Below, piece by piece: positions 37,147 through 45,681 of a DNA stretch of 64,000 nucleotides. The translations under genes were made by a program, and so were the position numbers. Origin of the DNA: Gemmatimonadota bacterium (GTDB lineage: Bacteria > Gemmatimonadota > Gemmatimonadetes > Longimicrobiales > Gaopeijiaceae); assembly GCA_034521595.1 (NCBI GenBank), contig JAXHMG010000003.1, positions 2,144,001 to 2,208,000 of the forward strand. The letters run 5' to 3'. Within the stretch, counting starts at the first letter, position 1; each line of letters opens with the position of its first letter. The notes beneath the pieces were generated by a model. The model made no database searches. It saw only the letters and a list, made by a program, of their open reading frames with translations, and was not told the origin of the DNA.

Positions 37147-38631
37147 TCATCGACCCGCGGCGCCAGGGAAGCGCCCGTCGGGTGTGTCCCTATCCGTGAC
37201 GAGCCGACCGCCCTCCCCGAGCGCCGTGGCCGGCAGATAGACCCCCTCCGGGGTGCGCAACCACCAGGCGCCCGTCTCACGCCGCTCCGCCGGCGTGGTG
37301 AACCGGTAGCGCCAGAACCCGGCCCGGATCCAACGGGGCGGCCCCTCCGGGAACGGATCGCCGGCCATGAGGGCGAGGGTGGCCGATTCGCCCTGGAGGA
37401 GCTTCCGGATCAGCGGGACGAACCAGTGCTGGTGCGCCGGCGGCGAGAGGGGCACGAACCACAGCAGCCAGTCGAGGCGCAGGTGGTAGGGCGCCACCTG
37501 ACGCGGTCGCCGCAGCGGGTCGCCGGGCTTGGCCTTGAACGTGTACGGCCGCCACGTCGCCGTCTCCGGGTCGTCGTCCCGGGTCCCTTCGATCACCAGC
37601 TCGTGGCGCGTGCGCGTCACGCTCCCGAACGCCCCGTACGATCCCACGAGATGGAACGGGTTGTAGTGCACGTTCATGCGTTGGCGGCGCGAGACGAGGT
37701 TGCGCACCGGCCGCCAGCTCAGGACGAGCACCACGAGCCCGACCACCACGGTCAGGGCGAAAAACCCCACCGGGAGCGCAGCCTCCACCGGCGGCGTGCC
37801 CGGGAGCACCGGCGCGAGCCACCCGTCCGGAACCGCCGAGAACGCCAACACGAGCGTGAGCGCGTTCAGCCACGCGAAGTTGCCGGAGAGGAGGAGGTAG
37901 CTCTGCGTGAGCACGATCAGGCAGGCGGCCGCCCCGGCGACGGGCTGCGGAAGGAAGAGCGCGAAGGGCGCGGCGAGCTGGGTCAGGTGATTCCCCGCCA
38001 CCTCGAGGCGGTGGAGCGGCTTCGGGAGGTGGTGGAAGTACCAGCTCAACGGGTTCGGGATCGGCTGGGTCTCGTGGTGATAGTCGAGACAGGTCAGGTC
38101 CCTCCAGCACCGATCGCCCCGCAGCTTGATGAGCCCCGCCCCGAGCTCCACACGGAAGAGCAGCCAGCGGAAGCAGAAGATCGTGATCACGGGCGGCGCG
38201 AGGTGGGCCGGGCCGAGGAACGCCGCGAAGAAGCCCGCTTCCAGCAGGATCGACTCCCATCCGAACGAATAGAACGTCTGACCCACGTTCACGATCGAGA
38301 GGTAGAGCGCCCAGAGGGCGAGCCAGACCGCCACCCCGACCCACACCGAAGCCCGCTCCGGAAGCCCCGCGATCACCGCGGCCGACAGCAAGATCCCTAT
38401 CCAACACACGCCGGCGAACAGCCGATCCGAGTAGCGAAGGTGGAAGAGCGACGGCGCTTGCTTCCACGACACCCGCGCCAGAAACCGTGGCACGGGAAGC
38501 AGACCCCGAGCCCCGATCAGCGCCCGGAACTGGTTGAGCGCCGAGACGAAGGCGATCAGGTAGACGAGGCCGAGGCCCCGGAGCAGGACCAGACGACCGA
38601 GCGCGTAGTCGGGAGCGGTGAAGACGTCCAT
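37147..38631 (-). CDS. Lipase maturation factor (LMF) family membrane protein
   Basis: RGLGLVYLIAFVS; LYLSIVNVGQTFYSFGWESILLEAGF; RWLLFR..GAGLIKLRGD.CWRDLTCL.YHHETQP.PNPLSW; YGAFGSVT; APYHLRLDWLLWF. Confidence 0.93.
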   Translation of the reverse strand: MDVFTAPDYALGRLVLLRGLGLVYLIAFVSALNQFRALIGARGLLPVPRFLARVSWKQAPSLFHLRYSDRLFAGVCWIGILLSAAVIAGLPERASVWVGVAVWLALWALYLSIVNVGQTFYSFGWESILLEAGFFAAFLGPAHLAPPVITIFCFRWLLFRVELGAGLIKLRGDRCWRDLTCLDYHHETQPIPNPLSWYFHHLPKPLHRLEVAGNHLTQLAAPFALFLPQPVAGAAACLIVLTQSYLLLSGNFAWLNALTLVLAFSAVPDGWLAPVLPGTPPVEAALPVGFFALTVVVGLVVLVLSWRPVRNLVSRRQRMNVHYNPFHLVGSYGAFGSVTRTRHELVIEGTRDDDPETATWRPYTFKAKPGDPLRRPRQVAPYHLRLDWLLWFVPLSPPAHQHWFVPLIRKLLQGESATLALMAGDPFPEGPPRWIRAGFWRYRFTTPAERRETGAWWLRTPEGVYLPATALGEGGRLVTDRDTPDGRFPGAAGR

Positions 38632-38670
38632 CGGCGGAGGACATGGTAGCCGCGGGGCCGGGGCTGCGCA

Positions 38671-38870
38671 CGTGGGGTCCGTTCCCCGACCAAGTCACCG
38701 AGGCACTCTTCACCGTGAGCCTCGCGAACGCCTTCACCTGGTACGAGGACGTGCCCTGATGGGACGTCGAGATCCCGGGCAACGAGGGCGCGAACGACGA
38801 CGGCGTCGGGACGTCCGAGCGCGTGCCGGCGCCGACGACGCTGACGTTCAGCTTGCGGATGCGGTTCTGA
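38671..38870 (+). pseudogene. 3' remnant of a TonB-dependent receptor, a close copy of 50027-50228
   Basis: Encodes FPDQVTEALFTVSLANAFTWYEDVP*WDVEIPGNEGANDDGVGTSERVPAPTTLTFSLRMRF*. TGA at 38757 stands where the intact gene has TGG at 50115; most other differences are synonymous. Confidence 0.92.
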
Positions 38871-39067
38871 GGAAGTTCGGCGGTCGTGACCCGGCCCATG
38901 ACCGCCACCGCTACGTGACGGTCTTCTTCATGTGCTCGTCCAAACTATAACCGAAGCCCACGCCCAGGCTGGCGAACGCGCGCTCCAACACGGCTCGGTT
39001 AACGCCGCCACCCGGTAGCGCATCGAATAGTTGTCAACGGACGGCGACGACACGCCCCAGAAGCGTC

Positions 39068-39907
39068 TTGCACGCGATGGCGTGGTCCAAAGCGTCTCTT
39101 CTTTGGAAGGTGTGGCCCGTGCTCTATGGTTCCGTACCCCTAATGTTTGATTCGGACGTCCTGGCATACCGGGTCGCACGCGCCTTGACCACACGGGGTC
39201 TCGAGGCCCGACGGGTGGTCTCGGCGGCAGAGATGCGGGCACTCGCCGGGCAAAGTGAGGGCGTCCAGGTACTCACCGTCGCTGCCTTGAGCCAGTCCGA
39301 GATGAGGACAGCCGTCGATGAGATCAGGGGTCTCGAGCACGACGTCCGGTTCATTCTTCTCGCCCACCCGGAGGAACTGACGCCCATCAATCGGCTCCCG
39401 GACCCATGCGAAGTCTGCCTCCTCCCCTTCGAGCTAGGTCTTCTTCCAGAGACGATTCTGCGGACTCGATTCGAGCTCTGGAGGACGGAGATGGTTCGCC
39501 GGATCCGGACCGCCGATCGGCTGCCCTTCATCCTACGGGCGGCACTCGTCGGCATCGTGCGTCAGCGGATGCCGCCGGTGGGCGCTCCGGGGCGCCGCCT
39601 GCGCACGGTGACAGACATCGCCGAACACATCGGAATGTCTCGCGTCCACCTCTCCCGGATCGCGAGCACCAGGAAGTGGGATCTGCCTCGACTGGCCGAT
39701 TCGTACCTGGCCCTGCTCGCTGTCCGATCTCGTGAGATCGGAAGACACTCCTGGGATGCCATCGCGTGGCAGCTCGGCTACGAGTCCCAGGCGGGGCTGA
39801 GTCGACTGATGACGCGGGCCGTGGGCGCGGAATTGCGGAGTGAGCCGACTCTGGAATCCGCGATGGCGGCCTGGGACGATCGACTCGAAGAGCATCTGGC
39901 GGGTTGA
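39068..39907 (+). CDS. AraC-like transcriptional regulator with a degenerate receiver-like N-terminal domain; start uncertain
   Basis: Two HTH-like segments, TVTDIAEHIGMSRVHLSR and SWDAIAWQLGYESQAGLSRLMTRAVG; N-terminal alpha/beta pattern ending CLLPFELG. Confidence 0.65.
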   Translation: MHAMAWSKASLLWKVWPVLYGSVPLMFDSDVLAYRVARALTTRGLEARRVVSAAEMRALAGQSEGVQVLTVAALSQSEMRTAVDEIRGLEHDVRFILLAHPEELTPINRLPDPCEVCLLPFELGLLPETILRTRFELWRTEMVRRIRTADRLPFILRAALVGIVRQRMPPVGAPGRRLRTVTDIAEHIGMSRVHLSRIASTRKWDLPRLADSYLALLAVRSREIGRHSWDAIAWQLGYESQAGLSRLMTRAVGAELRSEPTLESAMAAWDDRLEEHLAG

Positions 39908-39985
39908 GACCGCGGAACTCACCCTGCCTCTGACCCAACCGGACCGCATCGCTGAGGATGGGTGGTGTCTCCTCCATCGGATGCA

Positions 39986-40262
39986 CGCTCCACGCGGCTC
40001 GAACCATGCCCGGCATCGACGCTCACATCCCACCAAAGATCGAATGTTACGCATGGTGCGGTTTTGTTACACCCGCGCAAGCAGGGCCCCAGCCGTAACC
40101 CCAATAATGATCTCACACTCGGAATGCACCATCGCGGGCCGATGGTGCGACTCCGATTCTTCATCCCATCTTGGAGGCATCATGTCTGACCAACAGAAGT
40201 CCCTCGCGAAGCGGCTCGTCGGGATCACCCTGGGCGCCCTTGTCCTCGCGATCGGCCTGTGG
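39986..40262 (+). repeat. Conserved leader plus signal-peptide block, copy 1 (copy 2 at 44884-45159)
   Basis: Collinear match from cgctccacgcggctcgaacca to atcggcctgtgg; includes two TGTTAC boxes (40045, 40065), a TAATGAT -10-like element, a hairpin at 40126-40148 and a GGAGG RBS. Confidence 0.92.
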
Positions 40263-40634
40263 GCGATCCCAGGGCCGGGGATCGCTGACGCTTCGGGCGC
40301 GGCTGATCACCAGACACTCACGACGGAGGACGGGGTCTTCGAAGTCTTCGCAAACATCCCCGTAGACGAGATCAAGACTGGCCAGTTCTGCCAGGGGTAT
40401 GCCAATATCTACAACGGTACGCCTCCGTATGACATCACATGGAGCGGACAATTCACCAATGCCGATGCGGGGCCCGGTCCGCTGGACGACGAGCAGATCG
40501 TCAACGGCTACGTGGACGAATCAGCACAGTACCTGACCCTCGAGGTCATAGATAGCACCCCGGACACGGCCACGCACACGGCGTTTCTGAATATCGACGA
40601 CAACAACGATTTCAACGACGACTGCGGGGCGTAA
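40182..40634 (+). CDS. Small secreted acidic protein with a single PKD/SprB-like Ig domain and two Cys (module 1)
   Basis: GGAGG RBS; signal MSDQQKSLAKRLVGITLGALVLAIGLW; GQFCQ..NGTPPYDITWSGQF..QIVNGY.D..YLTLEV.D..FLNI..FNDDCGA; paralog at 45079. Confidence 0.85.
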   Translation: MSDQQKSLAKRLVGITLGALVLAIGLWAIPGPGIADASGAADHQTLTTEDGVFEVFANIPVDEIKTGQFCQGYANIYNGTPPYDITWSGQFTNADAGPGPLDDEQIVNGYVDESAQYLTLEVIDSTPDTATHTAFLNIDDNNDFNDDCGA

Positions 40635-40851
40635 CGCTCCGACCCGGTGATGCGGTGTCAGGGTTGCCCTGGAGCCCGGGGGCCGCCCTGACGCTCGCCA
40701 CGTTAAAGATTCCGGCAGGTTCGGCTGGGCAGTGTCAGGGCGCCACCAGCTTCGCTGTGCAGCGGCACTTTCGGCCATGATCGAACGTGTGCTTCAATAA
40801 CGCCGTAGGTGATGACGACATGATCGCTGGAAGAGCAGCTAGGAGGCTTCC

Positions 40852-42399
40852 TTGGGCATGCAACGGATGATCCAGCGCAGAGCGGCCGATGTGCTACCCA
40901 TCGGGATTCTTTGCGTGTGGATTACCGTCGGCGCCTGCAACGATGACGAGACCACTCCGCCGGTGGGCCCTCAAGGCCCTGATACCGTCGTCGACTCCAT
41001 CAGCCTCGAGCCACCCGAGCGAACCATCGGTGTCCTCGGAGCACAGATCGGAGTCCGAGCAGCAGCGCTCAACAAGGACGGCGAAGCCCTCTACCGCTCG
41101 CCGCTGGATCCCGGCCGGTTCTCATGGTCATCCGCCGCGCCCGACATCGCGACCGTGGGCCCGGATACCCTTATCCACAACGATGCGCATCTCCGCTTGG
41201 TCGAAGGTATGGGTGAAGGTCACACGACCATCACGGCGAGCAGTCAGGGTGTCACCGGCAGCATGACGGTCCACGTGTGGGATCGCGCACGTCTCGCGTG
41301 GTCTGTTCCGCGAGACACCGGATCGACGCTGGCGGGATCGATGCTCGCTGGTGTCGCGATCGGACCCGACGGCACCATCTACGTCGGGACGAACAACCCG
41401 CTCGCGGACCGAAGTGTCTGGCGCGCCCTCTCGCCGCAGGGAGCTGTCCGCTGGACCCGCGACCTCCCGCTCACGGACTTCTCGACGCCAGCCATCGGAG
41501 ACGACGGAACGCTGTATATCGGCTCCAGGTCCGCGAACGGCTCAGCCGGTCGCCTGATCGCCGTGGATCCCGGCGGCACGGTCCGGTGGATGCTGGAAGA
41601 TGTCGCCGAAATCCGATCCTCTCCGGCGATCGGGCCGGACGGCACGATCTACGCGGCCGGCGGTCGCCATGTCTACGCGGTCGACCCACGCGGCGAGATC
41701 CGGTGGACGTACGAGGTCGACGACGACCTTTTCGTCTTCTCCTCGCCAGGGGTCGCGAGCGACGGCACGGTCTACGTAGGTGGCGCGGACAACCTCCTGT
41801 ATGCGATCCACCCCGACGGCTCCCTGCGGTGGAGGTTCGAAACCGGCGATGTCATTCAGTCCTCTCCGTCGATCGGCATGGACGGGACCATCTACGTCGG
41901 CTCCCTGGATGGTCGGCTCTATGCCGTGGGTCCCGACGGGACCGAGCGATGGAGCGTGGAGCTGGACTGGAGAGGGATCAGCTCCTCGCCGTCGATCGGG
42001 CCGGACGGCACGATCTACGTGGGAGCCGGCGGCGTGTTTGCCGTCGATCCCGGCGGCTCGGTCCGCTGGAACTATGCGCCATCCGGTTGGGTCTCGACCA
42101 CACCGCTCCTGGGGGCGGACGGAACCGTTTACGTTGGCGCTTGCTGCGGTATCACCGCTCTCGACACCCAGGGCAGGCTTCTGTGGGACTACGGGACCGG
42201 TGGAACCATCATGGGCTCGCCCGCCATCGGTCTCGATGGTGCGATCATCGCGGGTTCCTTCTCGCAACCCTCCCCAGACTCATGGGAAGGCACCGTCCAT
42301 GCAATCGTGGAGACCACATCGACGAACGGCGGCTACGAGGGCGCGCCCTGGCCGACGACGCGCGGGGGGCGCGCCAACACCGGCCGGGCTGGCGGATGA
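40852..42399 (+). CDS. Lipoprotein with Ig-like domain and PQQ-like beta-propeller repeats (module 1)
   Basis: AGGAGG RBS; lipobox VGAC; Ig segment ending GHTTITAS; repeated SSP.IG.DGTIYVG...LYA..PDG...W; C-terminal PWPT.RG.RANTGR. Confidence 0.88.
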   Translation: MGMQRMIQRRAADVLPIGILCVWITVGACNDDETTPPVGPQGPDTVVDSISLEPPERTIGVLGAQIGVRAAALNKDGEALYRSPLDPGRFSWSSAAPDIATVGPDTLIHNDAHLRLVEGMGEGHTTITASSQGVTGSMTVHVWDRARLAWSVPRDTGSTLAGSMLAGVAIGPDGTIYVGTNNPLADRSVWRALSPQGAVRWTRDLPLTDFSTPAIGDDGTLYIGSRSANGSAGRLIAVDPGGTVRWMLEDVAEIRSSPAIGPDGTIYAAGGRHVYAVDPRGEIRWTYEVDDDLFVFSSPGVASDGTVYVGGADNLLYAIHPDGSLRWRFETGDVIQSSPSIGMDGTIYVGSLDGRLYAVGPDGTERWSVELDWRGISSSPSIGPDGTIYVGAGGVFAVDPGGSVRWNYAPSGWVSTTPLLGADGTVYVGACCGITALDTQGRLLWDYGTGGTIMGSPAIGLDGAIIAGSFSQPSPDSWEGTVHAIVETTSTNGGYEGAPWPTTRGGRANTGRAGG

Positions 42400-44861
42400 G
42401 GCGCCGGCCTTCCTTCGCGGTCGCCACCTTGGCGCTGCTCCTAGCCACCAGCCTCGCGCCACGCCATTGGGCGCTCTTGGCGGCTCCCCTCGGCGCACAG
42501 GAGCCCGAGCCGCCGGCCGTGCCCTCCGGCTCCGCGGTCGTCACGGGCAAGGTATTCGGCGAGGAGGTGGAGGTGGCGGTCCGCTCGGCCGAAGTCACCC
42601 TCCACCTCGCGGACGACTCGACCTTGGTGGGCACGGCGGTGACCGACACCCGGGGCCGCTTCCGCATCGAGGACGCCCCGGAGGGCACCTTCTTCGTCCG
42701 GCTCCGGAGCCTGGGGTACGGGACCGTCGCCACCGAGCCCTTCGAGGTGGCGGCCGCGGAGGTGCGGGCGCTGGGCGAGCTCCGGATGCCGGTCGACGCC
42801 CTGGAGGTCGACCGGGTCACGGTCTCGACCGAGCGCTCCGTCGTCACCCACGAGGCCGACCGGGACGTCTACAACGTCGGCGTGATGCCCGGCACCGGGG
42901 GCGCCCCGGTGACCGAGACCCTGTCGCGGATCGCCGACCTCCAGGTGGACATCGACGGCCGCGTCACCCTCCGGGGCCAGGGCGTGACGATCTACATCGA
43001 CGGCCGCGATGCGCCCCTGTCCGGCGAGACGCTGACGCTCTTCATGGAGCAGTTCCCCTCGGACCTCATCCAGGAGATCGAGGTGATCCACAATCCGCCG
43101 GCCCGCTACGACGCCGAGGGCACCGGCGGGATCGTGAACCTGGTGACGCGGGAGGGGGTCGAGCTCGGCGTGAGCGGGACGGTGTTCTCCCGGGCGGACA
43201 CCCGGGGCCAGTACACGGTCGGCGGGCACGGCGTCTTCCAGCGGGGCGCGTGGACCGTGAACGGCCGTGGCTCCGTGGGGCTCTCGGACCGAGAGCGCAG
43301 CGACTACCAGCTGAGGCAGAACCTCGACGTGGAGCCGGCTTACCTGCGGCAAGACGCGTGGTCGGATCGCTCGGGCCTCTCCACCAGCGGAAACCTTGAG
43401 GTCGCCTACGAGCCGACGGAGCGCGCGCGGCTCTATCTGGAGGGTGGAGCCTGGCGCTCCGGCCATGACCAGGAGGGCGCCACGACCACCACGCACTTGG
43501 CCGACCTGGAGACGCCGATCCTGGCCTACGACCGCTCCCGCGCCTCGGACTCCCGGAGCCTCAACTTCGACCTCGCCACCGGCTTCCAGCGGTCATGGAC
43601 ACGCGCCGACCAGGAGCTGGAGGTGGAGGTGGCGCTGGAGCGGGGCCGGGACCGACAGGAGCGCCGGGAGGAGGTCACCGACGGCACCGGACTCGAGGGC
43701 GACCAGCTGATCCCCGCCGAGCTCACCCTGGAGGACGAGAACGAGCTGGAGACCGCCCTGTCCGGCCAGGCGGACTACGTGCGGGCGTGGGGCGAGGACG
43801 CCGAGATCGAGCTGGGCTACCAGGGCGAGCGCACGGAGGCAGACCAGGACCGTCTGCTCCGCTTCGTGGAGGACCCCGGAACCGCCACCGACGAAGGCAT
43901 CGAGCGCGGCCACCGGGTGCGGGAGCGGAGCCACGCCCTTTACGGCACCGTGGAGCGGCGCCTCGGGCCCGCGAGCGTGCAGGTCGGGCTCCGAGCCGAG
44001 ACGGCCGCGCTCGACTTCGAGTTGCCGGACGGACGCACCTTCGACAACCGCTACCTGAACCTCTTCCCCAGCGCCAACGTCTCGTACCGGATCGACGACG
44101 AGCGCCGCCTCCGGATCTCCTACTCCAGGCGTGTGAACCGTCCCGGGCTCTCGGTGCTGAACCCCGTCGACACCTCCACCGACCCCCTGGAGCGGCGGGT
44201 CGGGAACCCGGACATCGAGCCGCAGCTCACGCACCGCCTCACCATGAGCGCGACCTGGTCCACCTCCACCGGCAGCCTCCGGCTCTCGCCCCATCTGAGC
44301 GCGACCCGGAACGGCTGGTCCCGCCTCACCACCGTGGACGATCGCGGGGTCTCGACCCGGACCTACGGCAACGTCACCTCGCGGGAGAGCTACGGCGCGT
44401 CGCTAAGCTACCGGATCCACCGGTGGCACGGCTGGGCCGGCGACGTCTCCCTCTCTGCCCGTCGGCAGAACCGGGACGCCAGCAACCTGGAAGAGCGGTA
44501 TTCCGGGACTGCGACCCGCCTCTCGAGCCGCGTCAACATCGACGGCCGCGTCACCGACGACTTCCGCGTCCAAGGCAGCTTCTCCTACCAGCCGGGACAG
44601 GACCTGCCCCAGGGCCGCACCGACGCCCGCATCCGGGCCGACTTCGGCGCGCGCTACCGCCTCCTCGACGATCGGGCCTCGGTCCGGCTCTCGCTCCGCG
44701 ACCCCTTCGCCCTCCAGCAGTCCTCGAGCCGGCTCCGGGACACCGACTACGTCCTCATCGGACGAAGCCAACAATCGACCCGGAGCGCCCAGATCAGCGT
44801 GTCCTACACGTTCGTGAGCGGCGGGGCGTCGAGGGGCGGCCGCAGGCGCGGACGGCCTTAG
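42396..44861 (+). CDS. TonB-dependent receptor (outer-membrane beta-barrel family 3 type) with carboxypeptidase-regulatory-like N-domain (module 1)
   Basis: ATGA overlap with the upstream stop; signal peptide; VDIDGRVTLRG..V.IYIDGR; IQEIEVIHNPPARYDAEG.GGIVN; LFPSA; SYSRRVNRP..LNP..GNPD..P; SVSYTF. Confidence 0.88.
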   Translation: MRRRPSFAVATLALLLATSLAPRHWALLAAPLGAQEPEPPAVPSGSAVVTGKVFGEEVEVAVRSAEVTLHLADDSTLVGTAVTDTRGRFRIEDAPEGTFFVRLRSLGYGTVATEPFEVAAAEVRALGELRMPVDALEVDRVTVSTERSVVTHEADRDVYNVGVMPGTGGAPVTETLSRIADLQVDIDGRVTLRGQGVTIYIDGRDAPLSGETLTLFMEQFPSDLIQEIEVIHNPPARYDAEGTGGIVNLVTREGVELGVSGTVFSRADTRGQYTVGGHGVFQRGAWTVNGRGSVGLSDRERSDYQLRQNLDVEPAYLRQDAWSDRSGLSTSGNLEVAYEPTERARLYLEGGAWRSGHDQEGATTTTHLADLETPILAYDRSRASDSRSLNFDLATGFQRSWTRADQELEVEVALERGRDRQERREEVTDGTGLEGDQLIPAELTLEDENELETALSGQADYVRAWGEDAEIELGYQGERTEADQDRLLRFVEDPGTATDEGIERGHRVRERSHALYGTVERRLGPASVQVGLRAETAALDFELPDGRTFDNRYLNLFPSANVSYRIDDERRLRISYSRRVNRPGLSVLNPVDTSTDPLERRVGNPDIEPQLTHRLTMSATWSTSTGSLRLSPHLSATRNGWSRLTTVDDRGVSTRTYGNVTSRESYGASLSYRIHRWHGWAGDVSLSARRQNRDASNLEERYSGTATRLSSRVNIDGRVTDDFRVQGSFSYQPGQDLPQGRTDARIRADFGARYRLLDDRASVRLSLRDPFALQQSSSRLRDTDYVLIGRSQQSTRSAQISVSYTFVSGGASRGGRRRGRP

Positions 44862-44883
44862 AGGCCGGGCCGAGCGGCCCAGC

Positions 44884-45159
44884 CGCTCCACGCGGCTCGA
44901 ACCAGGCCCAGCATAGACGCTCACAGCCCGTCGAAGATCGAATGTTACACGTGGTAAGGTTTTGTTACACCCGCGCAAGCAGGGCTCGAGCCAGGACCCT
45001 AATGATGATGGACCGTAAGAACGCACCATCGCGGGCCGGTGGTGCGACTCCGATTCTTCATTCCTTCTTGGAGGCATCATGTCTGACCAACAGAAGTCCC
45101 TCGCGAAGCGGCTCGTCGGGATCACCCTGGGCGCCCTTGTCCTGGCGATCGGCCTGTGG
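44884..45159 (+). repeat. Conserved leader plus signal-peptide block, copy 2
   Basis: Matches 39986-40262; TGTTAC at 44943 and 44963; hairpin gcaccatcg-cgggc-cggtggtgc. Confidence 0.92.
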
Positions 45160-45507
45160 ACGGTGCCGGGGATCGCCGGCGCTTCGTCGAATGCCGCGAA
45201 TAACAAGGCCCTGTCCGTGTCCATCAACGTTCCCCTCAGCGAAATCAAAGACGGGCAGTTCTGCCAAGCCTATGCCGTCGTGAGTGGCGGGACAGGCCCC
45301 TATGTGTTCACATGGGACGGACAGTTCGACAACTCCGATGGGCAATTCGGGCCACTGGGCGAGGACCAAATCGTCAACGGCTACATCGACGGGAGCGGCG
45401 ATCACTATCTGGACTTGACGGTTCAGGACACCATCAACAACCGGTCAGGCGACGACTTGGTTTTCCTCAACATCGGTGACGAGTTCAATGATGATTGCGA
45501 GGCGTAG
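45079..45507 (+). CDS. Small secreted acidic PKD/SprB-like protein (module 2)
   Basis: First 27 aa identical to 40182; GQFCQAYAVVSGGTGPYVFTWDGQF..QIVNGYID..YLDLTVQD..FLNI..FNDDCEA. Confidence 0.85.
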   Translation: MSDQQKSLAKRLVGITLGALVLAIGLWTVPGIAGASSNAANNKALSVSINVPLSEIKDGQFCQAYAVVSGGTGPYVFTWDGQFDNSDGQFGPLGEDQIVNGYIDGSGDHYLDLTVQDTINNRSGDDLVFLNIGDEFNDDCEA

Positions 45508-45542
45508 AACCCCGATCCTTTAGAAGGCGGCTAGAAGGCGGC

Positions 45543-45581
45543 GGCAGGATTGGCTGGCGGAGACAGCAGGCCAATCCTGCC
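45543..45581 (+). other. Intercistronic stem-loop (12-bp stem)
   Basis: ggcaggattggc ... gccaatcctgcc between the small gene and the propeller gene; no U-tract. Confidence 0.5.
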
Positions 45582-45681
45582 ACTGCCTCCCAGGGAACTC
45601 CTGTAGGCCCCATTCAAAATGGAGATGGGGAAGCCGCATGGGCCTTAAGTCTTCGCCAGCGCAGAAGAGGTTTCTCACGGC

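Noticed and set aside
41277-42395. N-terminal extension of the 1194-aa ORF 41277..44861
   Set aside because: It is an Arg-rich shadow frame over the propeller gene. The receptor's signal peptide starts at the ATGA overlap at 42396.
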